DNA from: Takakia lepidozioides
Lineage: Eukaryota > Plantae > Bryophyta
Reading direction: 5' to 3'
DNA length: 64,000 nt
Assembly: GCA_030704615.1 (NCBI GenBank)
Contig: CM060732.1
Location: forward strand, 56,730,001-56,794,000
The notes under the pieces: generated by a model
What the model saw: only the letters and a program-made list of their open reading frames with translations
What the model was told of the DNA's origin: nothing
The model's database searches: none
In this document: positions 33,381 through 43,659 of the stretch, in pieces
Position numbering within the stretch: position 1 is the stretch's first letter
Layout of the letters: each line of letters opens with the position of its first letter
Position numbers and translations under genes: made by a program

Positions 33381-36376
33381 GAGAGTTCAAATGCCTCTCC
33401 ACCATGACCTTGCTTAGCTAACCATGCCTTGCTGATGTTGTTGTCTTGCACTTGAGCTGTTTTTGGACACTAGCTGGAACATCCACAAGGCGGCTCTGCT
33501 CGAGAGAGAAATCAGCTTGAATGCAGGGGCAGATTTTGAGATCACAATCGCCACTCAGAACGTTGTTTTTTGCACCGGCATGGCATGTCAGCATGCATAT
33601 CATCCCAAACTCATTACTCCGTGAGCCTTCCACTGCCGGAGTGTGCCCATTCAAGCCAGATCTTCGAAACGCAGGGATGGAACGGGGTTTTGAAACCAGC
33701 ATTGCCTAACTGGATACCCAATTCAGCTCCGCATCTTGGTCCATTAATCTGCTGCACATTGTGAAGTTTTCTGCCCGTTCACCGCAAGTTGAAGAAGGAG
33801 TATTCTTAAAACACGGGTACTCACAATCTGAAAATGGCTCCAGCTTATGTTGCTTGAGTGCGAATATGAGTGTGGTTGGCTTGGTAGCTTTACATCTGGT
33901 CCATCCCACTCGATATGATGAGCAGGTTCAGCTTGACTTCTCTCACACAAAAGACGCTGCCAAGATGGGGTTTGCTGCCCTAGATGACTTCCCGTCGTTG
34001 TTCTGGGCTGCAACATATAATTAATCTGGCCCATGGCGAGGGGCCTTGCCTTCCACCAATCATCTGTAAGTCCTGTGAAACTGTTTTTGTGGCAGTTTGT
34101 AAGCAGTGGGCAACGATGGTGGGCTGTTGTAGGATTTGATGAACTCAATGCCGTGTACTGACAACAACCCCTCATCTCTTATGCAAGTATTCAACAAGCC
34201 AAGTTGACTGCAGAGCATATTCAGCCCCCCACGTTTCTAGTTGCCTAATGTTCTTCATCTCCTGGGCAGAGCATTTTCCAGGGTCTCCATCTGTGATGAC
34301 ACACTATCTTCTCATGTGGTTCAGCTTCTGGTCTTGCTCTTGTTTGCACCACCCCAATGAAGGGCAGTTCCCACCTGCTTGATTCTCTCTATATGGTTGT
34401 CTTGGGTCTTGGCAGGGTTTCCCACAACCGCCTTTCCTTTTCAGACTGCCAGTCATCAGCCTCGTTCTCCAATGCTTCACTTTCTTCCCAAGTGAAGTGC
34501 TCTCCTCTTTTATGCTTCATCGTCCCTGCAGGTGTCTTTGTCTTCATCTCCCGTGGTGCTTTCGAATGAATGAGCACTGATTTACATCTGCTGGCAACAC
34601 TTACGGTGTCCCTTTCCTTGCATGCCACTGCAGGCCCGCATTGACTTTCTTGGCAGGGAAGTCTCCTCCTTCTCCCTCATTTTCTGGCTCTGTTGGTGCC
34701 CCACTCACCATGCTATCAGGGCTGCACTTATTTTGTGGTGTTGCGCCAGCCAAGGGCGATCTTTCACTGGTCCGATTGTTGGCAACAGCTGATTGGAGTC
34801 TTCTTGGCAGAGTCTCCCACGAGCTCCCATCAATTTCAGGCATCAGGTTTTCTACCCTGCCCTTCCACTTTTCATAAGCGAGGTGCATGTCTTCCTCCCT
34901 TTCACTCTTCAGCGTCTCAGGCAGATTTTTCTTCATGCGATTGCTGCTCCCATACTTCCAGTCCTTGTTTAATTTTCTCCAGCCATCACCCTCAGATTTG
35001 ACAAGGTATTGCTGCCCTTCCTTGTGTCTTTCCTCACTCCCAGCTGCTGGTTTTATCCCAGATTCACCTCTCATCCTTGCCTGGGGTTTTGCTTGCCAAA
35101 CAGCCCTTGTGTGGGGAACTTCAACGAAAGGCAACATCTCATTCTCAGCTCCTGTCTTTGTACCTCTTTGCAGCAGTCCAGCCTCGGGTGCCTCACTTTC
35201 TGATTGCTGGGTTGCATTCTTTGCCGCCAACCTTTGACAAGAAAGTGTGCTCCATCTTCCTCATCTCCTACTGGTTCCCTTGATGCTTCACCTCGTATGT
35301 CTTCCTCCTCATGTTTTAGCAGCAGCTCCCATGCTTGAATTGCTACTTTTCCTCGTAGTTGATCTTGTGCTTTCTTTTTTCTCCGTAGCCTAATCAACAG
35401 TTTTGTCTTGGCAGCTCCCTTGCCATGAGTGCCTTGTCTCACTGCATCTCCCTTGGCTGCCCACCATCCGTGGAGTCTTTCTTGCACTATTCTGACCCTC
35501 GTTGGCATGCACTTTGCTGCGATGCCCCACATGTATTTGCTGTTCCCTTTAATTATCAACATAGTGCTCCAGAGCCAGTTCCTCATTGTTGACCAGTTGA
35601 CCTTCTCAGCCCTTGGACCCCATTTTCCCTTCTCCCATGTTGCCTCGTCTTTCTGCTTCATCGTTTGCTTTACTTGCACGATGTTGCTTCTTCCCTACAG
35701 CTCATCATGTGTTGTGGCTCTTTCCCATGTTGCACTCACTCCCATCATACGTTGTGCAGTTGATAAGACTGAGATGAGTTGATGCAGGATAGGGGAGGGC
35801 TTGCTGGTGTATGTTGTCCGATAGGCCCCATGCACAGAGTCAAAGCTGGAAGTCAGCCTTGCAAGGACCCAAGTGAGAGAAGTCTGGTGGGGGTAGCATC
35901 TTGGGGGATGGCAGTTAGGGCAATGTGTGTCTAGGGCAATATATGTCATAGCAGTGGGTGATGTGCTGCCAATTTTGAGGATAGAGACAGCCTGTAAGCT
36001 GTAGATTTGTATAAGTGGTTTCTTCTGACACATATTGCTCCCAGTTTGCCACAACCAGTTGTTTGTGTTTGTAGTGCATGTGCGAGCCTGCTGGGGAAGG
36101 GCAAAGAGGTCCATGGTTGCATCGTCAAAGCTGGAATTGTGGCAGATGTCATTCTGAACAATACCCTTGTGGACAGGGAGTGTTCAACAATATGGCTGAG
36201 CGAAGGATAGAGTGTAATGACTGCTAATGAAGGCACCTTCTTCAATTTCACCTTGTTTTCCCCTCTTATCAGAATCGCCCCTAATTATTCATGTCTGAAT
36301 TCTGCAAGTTAGCTGGTTGAGTGAAGCTTTGATAGTTTGGAGTGACTTTGACATGATTCTGCCAATGTGACAACAG

Positions 36377-36740
36377 GAAAGTATCAGAAACAGGTAACAC
36401 AGACGAGGAGAAGTTGTGGAATGAATATTTTTCTGACCCCAGTCAATGGTGGGACAATCGAGGCAAGAAGGTGAATGTTTGTTGGATTATAGAGAGTAGC
36501 AGATGCAATTGAGCGTAGGAACTAGTGTGATAAGTTGAGTTGGGTGCTTCCTAGAACAAGTCTAGGCTGTCATCGTCAACTGCTAGCAACAAGGCAAGGT
36601 TGTATGCATGATTCGTGCGAGGCATGGATAGTTGAAGGAGCAAGGATAGAGTGTGGGTGCAGATTCACCCAAGAGGGCCAGACTTCAAGCTCCAGATTAA
36701 CTATGAAGCTACAAGAAACCTGCATGGGTAGATGGTCAAC
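36377..36740 (+). pseudogene. Captured exons encoding an OSB-type PDF motif (second copy about 50416-50795)
   Basis: Exon EKLWNEYFSDPSQWWDNRGKK, a GT...AG intron, then IHPRGPDFK. The second copy continues FKHK...SLWINNYKKPPWV. Confidence 0.7.
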
Positions 36741-36917
36741 TGGCAGCAATGGCACAATTGATAAAATCAGACATTGTTAATGAAGGCATCTTCTTCAGCA
36801 CATTTCACCCTGTTTTTCCCTCTTATTAGAATCGGTCCAAAATTTCCATGTTGAATTATGCAAGTTAACTGGTTGTGTGAATCTAGTTTGGAGTGACTTT
36901 GACATGATACTGCTATG

Positions 36918-37444
36918 TGTCGTGCGCATACATATCGCTACACAACTACATCGCTATCCAAACCACACCACACATATGTGCACAATAAAGTAGTCTACCA
37001 CAATGATAAACAAGCTAAAAAGGACACACACTCCCAACACAAGAAATATGAAATCCATCGCTATCACTCATTGAAACAGAAGTCGCACCAGGGGCACCCC
37101 AAGCTATGGGGACTCCACCCCACAACAACCTGTACCCCTACATAAGCACACTCAAACCTAAACACATGCAGGAGCTCGGTCGCGCAGGCTCAACTTGAGA
37201 GAGATGAGCTGCGCGACTGCCGCTCTCGTGAAGATAAGACGGACCAGGTGTCAAACTAAACTTGATACCTGATTTAACACTTGACCTAAATCCAAGTGTT
37301 AAATACAAATAACTAGTTTTATTCTAGCTGTTTTCACACTGTGCTTATTTAACTTGACGTCGTGCGCATACATATCGCTACACAACTACATCGCTGTCCA
37401 AACCACACCACACATATATGCACAATAAAGTAGTCTACCACAAT
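36918..37444 (-). repeat. 3' split repeats of copy B: B1 (37359-37444), A2 (37004-37358), B2 (36918-37003)
   Basis: B1 and B2 differ at about 2 of 86 nt; A2 differs from A1 (50046-50401) at about 4 of 355 nt. A PPT-like TAGGGGGGCGA (37444-37454) precedes B1. Confidence 0.95.
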
Positions 37445-38634
37445 CGCCCCCCTAGCTGGTGGATAGGTCCCTCTACCTCCAGATAGCTACAAGACGTAAT
37501 AGCCATAGCCGTACTAAGTCCTCTATCACTGTCCCTATCGTACTCAAACTCTATAGACCAAGAGGCCGGGTACAAGAGTAGCCCCATCGTTAGTCGCCGT
37601 CTTGCAATCTGTGAACTTGAGCCAGGACTTCGTGTATTCAAGGTCTCCTGTAGCTGGGCCTTGCGTTGTTTGTTAGCCTTCCATGGTTGTATCCACTCCC
37701 ACTATCCAATGCATTGTGGACATAACCAATCCCCATCCGGAACCATCTCAAGAGGTGGAGTCAAGCATCCCATATGCCAACCTCTAGAGCATCGATCACA
37801 CACCAGCATGGTGGCTGCCCCTTTAGCATACCCACACAACATGCACCTCAAACCTGCAGATACCACTGCCAGGTTTGGGTCAATCCTGCCATCGACATTC
37901 GGAAGGTGACATGGCGCACAATTACGCACATGGTTCTTCCAAGTTATGCCATCCCGACCCTCCAAGACCAAGACGCCTGAGGGCAAGACCTCTCGAACCC
38001 TCAAAATAACACGTCCTGCAGTCACATCCAGGGTCGTAGGAGCAGTCTGCTGCAGATAGACATAGTCACCAGGGTTGAATCTCCAAACCCCAGGACGATA
38101 GCCCCCACCACGTATGGTAGCATACCTCAACGTATCACGGTATTGTGCAATGGCAAGGTTCTCGAAAGCCATGGGAATGACTCTCTTGAACAACTCTGCA
38201 CGCTGCTCACATGCACGTGCCCACACGTCTGGATCGTCAAGGTTAAGAACTGTAGCAGCTTCTCTGCGAATGGATGTAGGCAAATCCGGCTCTCCGTCCA
38301 AAGAGAATAAAGTATGGTGAGAGGAGGTAAGTGATGCTTGCTTGCTGAACCTGTAGCCCATGGCTAACAGGGTAACTGAAGGTCCCAATCTCCTAGGTGT
38401 CCCTTTCTGCAAGCCATACTTGCGCAAACCCCTCTTATTGTCTGAACAACTCTCTCTCTGCCAAGCCAATCGCCTCAGGATGATCCCGAAGAGTGGTGGC
38501 GGTGGTCTACAAGCCTTGTCACACAAGCCTGAAACTCCCCCATAACTCTCTCCCTTGGTCCGTGAGTACCCAGCTGGAGCACCAAATCGTCTAAGCACAC
38601 AATCCAAGAATGCATACGCAGCTCCCTCACTAGC

Positions 38635-40232
38635 CGGGGAATGCTTGCGCGTGAGCCTGGCCGCATGAGCCTGTGAGCGCGTGAGCCCAGTTAGGCTTAC
38701 GCCACATCAGCAAGGTTTCCCATGTGCAGGATCTAATTCCGCGGATGCCAGCCTATTTCCTTTTCCGCGGAACTGTAGGCGACTCCGCCCCAGATTTGCC
38801 AACTTTAAATTCCCGAGAAGTTCTTCATCCCTCATCCAAATTTGGCCGGATGGAATCACGGGTGGTTTGTGATGGTTTTTGTCCACCGGGCACAAGATAT
38901 TTCAGAGAGTACAATGTCCTGTTGCGTATGAACACGAAAACAAAGGGAAAATGAGCTTGTTCTAACGAAGTTCCTTCCCCCAATTCACATCCACTTTTCA
39001 TTGATAGACGTTCTCCAGAAAAACACTAGGAAATCCCTAAAGCGTCTTTGCGGTTTATGAAAAAACATGGTGCAGAACAGGTTGGCAAGACTTGCACTGC
39101 AAGACACGAAACGAAGAACAACAAGGCTAGCAACCATACAAAATGCAAAAAACAGTCCTAAAAAAAGGATGCTTTCATTTCTCAAATCAAGGTTGCGTCA
39201 ACGCAAGGTTGATTTGCATCACCCTCCCAGGGAAATTTTTATTATTATTAATTTAAAAAAAATTAAAAAAAAAATTAAAAAAAAACTTTCATTTCTCAAA
39301 TCAAGGTTGTGTCAACGCAAGGTTGATTTGCATCACCCTCCCAGGGAAAATTTATAAAATAATAATTTTATTTAAAAAAAAAAACTTTCATTTCTCAAAT
39401 CAAGGTTGCGTCAAAGCAAAGTTGATTTGCATCACCCTCCAGGGAGGAAAAAAACAAAAACAAATCTTCAAAAAATATGCTTTCATTTCTCAAATCAAGG
39501 TTGCGTCAACGCAAGGTTGATTGCGCACTCCCCGAGGAGGGAAAAAAAACAATCTTCAAAAAATGATGCTTTCATTCTCAAATCAAGGTTGCGTCAACGT
39601 AAGGTTGAATTGCATCACCACCCGCAGGGAGGGGAAAAAAAAATAAAAAATAAAAAATGATGCTTTCATTTTTCAAATCAAAGTTGCGTCAATGCAAGGT
39701 TGATTTGCATCACCCCCAAGGGAGAATAAAAAATAAAAAATAAAATGAAGTCGTATGTCTGTCGGTGTATGTCAGTCATCAATCTTGTTGTGCGTGCGTC
39801 TACCATTTGTTGCATTCGTTCCTCAAACTCATTTGTTCATTTGCAAACACATAAGTCACATTCAAATGAATATTCTCGGAAATCAACCTCGTGTTAATAC
39901 AAGGTTGATTTCGAGAACTTGAAATCAACCTCGTGTTAACACAAGGTTCATTTCAAGTTCTTTGAAATCAACCTCGTGTTAACACAAGGTTGATATCTGT
40001 GGATGCCCTAAACCCTTAACCCATCTCACCTTCAGATGGTGAAATCCCACAGTTATAGGCTCCACGGTTATAGGCCCACCATCTTGTGGTGACGTGCACG
40101 ACCTTGGGTGGGCTCACGCCACATCAGCACCAGTGCCATGTCAGCGCTGTGAGCGTAGGCTCACGCCACATAACCATTGTGTGAGCGTACGCTCACACGC
40201 TCACACGCCAAGCTCACGCGGTAGCGTCGTTG
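38635..40232. mobile_element. Non-autonomous MULE
   Basis: 9-bp TSD CTCACTAGC (38626-38634 and 40233-40241), imperfect TIRs (cgcgtgagc / gctcacgcg), and right end shared with the MULE ending at 5563. Confidence 0.88.
39172..39996. repeat. Six ~60-bp repeats with A-rich spacers, then three ~33-bp palindromes
   Basis: ctttcatttctcaaatcaaggttgcgtcaacgcaaggttgatttgcatcaccctcc x6; gaaatcaacctcgtgttaacacaaggttgatttc-like x3. Confidence 0.9.
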
Positions 40233-40985
40233 CTCACTAGCCTTATCAGGCAATGGAACCAATTCAATCCACTTGGAGAAGTGCTCCACCATCTACTTGT
40301 TGTGGCGCATGGTCAGTGGCAACGGCCCTGCGAAGTCAAGACTCCACCTGTAGCCCAATCCCATGATCGGAAGAGGGTGCAATTGTGGTGTAGGGGCGTT
40401 GAATGAAGCACGCACCCTGTCACACACCATGCACCTAGCCACAAATTGTTGCACCTATGTGTGTATACCACGCCACCAATACTGCCCCTACAGTAGACTA
40501 TGAGTGCGTGCACCCCAAAATGCCCCAACTCCTCATGGGCATGCCGCACTAACCGTGCCCGCTGTGTTGGATGAGGCACAATCCTCACTCGACCATCCTC
40601 CCACACTCGGAGCAGGTGTGTCCCCTCCCACTTGAACCTCTTGGCTCGTTGTAGGATCCGATCCCTCTCATTGGCAGTCACAGTGGCTGCAGTGTCTCCA
40701 GTGCGGAGGTAGTCCAACACAACTGAATCCTCATGTATATCTTTGGCGCCACCTTGCTCATTGCTGGCCTCAGAGTCCTCAGACACTTGATCTACAATTA
40801 TCCCTGTTGCAGGTCCAACCTGGCCTTCCGCTGCCAAGATACACAGAAATGCAGATATATGCCATCCGGGCACCATCTCCTCGTCCGTCTCACCATGCCA
40901 CCGAGCTCCAGTGTCATCCTGCTGGCTCGTGCATGGATTGCGACTCAACCCATCTGCATTGCGATTGACCAAACCCGGTCGATGC

Positions 40986-42427
40986 ACCACCTGAAAGTCA
41001 TACTCTTGAAGGATGAGTGCCACCGTGCAAGCTTCCCCGTAAGCTTGTCTGACTCCATCAACCACTTGAGTGGTTGGTGATCCGTGACAAGGGTGAAGAG
41101 ATTGCCGTATAGATAGCACCTGAAGGTGCCACGGCCCATACTGCAGCTAAGCATTCTCCCTCATATGAGCTATACTTAGACTCTGCAGCATTGTTCGAGC
41201 GGCTAGCATAAGCCACTACGAACTCTCTCCCCTCATCATCCACCTGTGTGAGCACCGCTCCAAGCCCCAGCACGCTCCAATCTGTATGCAACTGAAAAGG
41301 ACGCCCCCTGATAGGTCGTCTCAAGATGGGCGCCGAGGTCAACCTCGCCTTGAGCTCTTGAAAAGCTTGTTCTTGCTCATCTTCCCACTGCCACTCCTGG
41401 TCCACCTGGTCAGCTTGGTTAGAGCCTTTGCAATGGCACTAAATCCCTTAACAAACCGTCTGTAATAGTTTGCTAACCCCATGAAAGCTCGAACTCGGCT
41501 CACATCCGTGGGGCGTGGAACCTGTGCAATGGACTCTACCTTAGTCTGTTGTACCCCCAATCCTCCAGGATATATCATGTGACCCAGATACTCAATGTGG
41601 TTGTGGAAAAACTTGCACTTGCCCGGATGTAACTTCAATCCGTGCGTCCTCAAGCGCTCAAATACCCCCTGAAGGTGTCTCTCATGCTCCTCCACCGTAG
41701 CACTAAAGATGATGATGTCATCTATGTAGCACCGAGCAAACTCCACCCCTGCTAGAATCCTATCCATGACTCTTTGAAACTCAGCGGGAACGTTTTTAAG
41801 CCCAAATGGTAAGAACCGCCACTGGTATAGGCAATCCTTTCCGTGCTCATTGATTCCCCAGAATGCCGTCTTTTGCTTATCCGCCTCCTTGATCGGCAAC
41901 TGGTGATATCCGGATCGTAAATCCAACGTGCTAAAGACCTTGGAATGCCCAATGGCATCAAAGATCTCCTCTGGTGTCGGCATGGCATACCTATCGGACT
42001 TGGTCTGACGATTTACAGGCCGGTAATCACCGCACATACGTCTCTCCGTCCAATTGTCATAGACATCCTTCTTGGCTGGCATCACTGTGGCTGAAGCATA
42101 CTCTCCACCAGAGAGCTCCACCAAACCTGCCTCCCAAAGATCCTGAGTTCTCATCTGAATCAAGGACCTCTCCATGTCACTGTATCTATAGGGTCTCCGA
42201 AAGATTGGCGTGTCAGTAGCCAATTCAATGCAAATCTCTTGACCCTTCAGTGCTCCCAAGTCCTTCAAACTGAAGGCAAAGCAATTCCTGTAAGCCCTCA
42301 GGAACCGCCGCATACGTCGTCTCTCTCCTCCGGTGACAATGGGTCCAATGTCAGGCTCCCAATTGTCCTCCGTAACTGCAACCTTAAGTCCAGTGGGCTT
42401 AGAGGTAGAGGACGCGTCCCGTGGTTG
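40986..42427 (-). pseudogene. pol: Copy B reverse transcriptase and RNase H
   Basis: RMCGDYRPVN, LDLRSGYHQ, LPFGLKN and YIDD; RNase H HTDWS...EGECLA...TDHQPL; a few 1-nt frameshifts. Confidence 0.93.
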
Positions 42428-42751
42428 CTATGCTGCAACCTCTTGAGCAGTACTCCCTTCCTGCTCAGTCAATGACAAGGCCTCATCCTGCCCCATCATC
42501 TCATTATTGAGAACCTCCTCAACCCGAGAAGAATCCCCAATGTCATCCATCACAGCTGCCTTGGCTGCCAACTCCCTGGACCTCGAGCACCTCCCACGTG
42601 TGCCATGGATGTCTACACCCGTGGTCCTCACCGGCTCGCCCCCACTCGCTGCCTCTACCGTCTCGGTAGGCAGAGAGACCGTCAAGGGAAGTGCGCTCCG
42701 CACTCTACGTTGCTCAGCCATAGCCAAGCTGATAATCCAGGTCAAGCAATT

Positions 42752-43659
42752 GAGATCCATTGCTTGCCCCAACACCTGACGACGTGATGCCTCAGAAAGA
42801 GAAGGCACCGCCGTGGGTCCAGTGGAAAACCCCATAGTCCGCTCTCGCTCGTCGGCATTAGGCTCCACTAACTGTTGCAACTGAGCATCCCATAGGAGGC
42901 CAGGTCCACCATCCCGAAAAGCATGGGATCCTGGGAAGCTGAGCAGTGTAGGTAATGCTGCTCGTGGTTGATCCACCCTGTTGACCACTGCCAAAGGCGA
43001 ATGGTCATCGTGTCTCACACGTTGAGACTGCCTTCCTGTGTCTAAAATGCCATCCACGGTGAGGTGTGCTGGCCGCTGCACCCCATCAAATGCACGCTTG
43101 AGCAGTGCGGGTGGCATCAAGTTAGTCCACCATAGTCGTGGACGATGAGCCCGTGACCCCACTGCAGCTGCATCCAGCAACACTGCTGACCCAAGCCACG
43201 ACCGGACTTGATGCACATTGGCCATCACCCTGGCCCAAGAATCACCCATCAGCGGCACATTCTCCAAGATGTATGCCGGAGATACAGCTTGATGAAGCTG
43301 CAAGTGGCGCAAAATCTGCACCATCTCCCAAAACAAACCCGTCCTCGAGTCTAGCAATCCATTGCCATGCCCGGCTGATGAATGCCGTTGGCAGGGCCAA
43401 CCTGCCACTACCAGATCAATGGAGCCAACCCGCTCCAAATCCTGCGCCCCCAGCAATGCAATGTCTGCTGATATCCACGAACTGCAGACACCGGCAACAA
43501 CTTAGGGTACTGTTGCAGCATCCGAGCAACATGGCGCAGTGAGACGCGTCGTGCAGTCTCATCCTTCTCCACATACAGGTAACGTCGAACTCGTACACCT
43601 GCCTGCAGCACTGCAGCCAATCCAGTGCTGATCCCGCCAAATAAGTCCAGAAGGCATAT
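42752..43659 (-). pseudogene. DNMT3-like C5 cytosine methyltransferase domain of copy B
   Basis: LLDLFGGIS, YVEKD, DLVVAGWPCQ, LFWEMVQIL, YILENV, LDAAAVGSRAHRPRLWWTNL, ERERTMGF and RRQVLGQAMD. One short frameshifting deletion near 43460. Confidence 0.92.

Larger units (their letters stand above)
37702..40985 (-). pseudogene. Copy B integrase with C-terminal PHD finger (37711-37845), interrupted by a MULE
   Basis: HAHEELGH...C..C; RWSLDFAG; PHD CMLC...VCDRC...WHMGC...WLCPQC (C4HC3). Confidence 0.9.

Noticed and set aside
33381-36057. Distinct mobile element splitting the PPR fragment
   Set aside because: An insertion is likely, but no convincing TIR, TSD or recognisable domain was found in its ORFs, so it is left unclassified.
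39172-39745. CRISPR-like repeat-spacer array
   Set aside because: Repeats are about 60 bp, spacers are low-complexity poly-A, there are no cas genes, the context is eukaryotic, and the array sits inside a TSD-flanked MULE.
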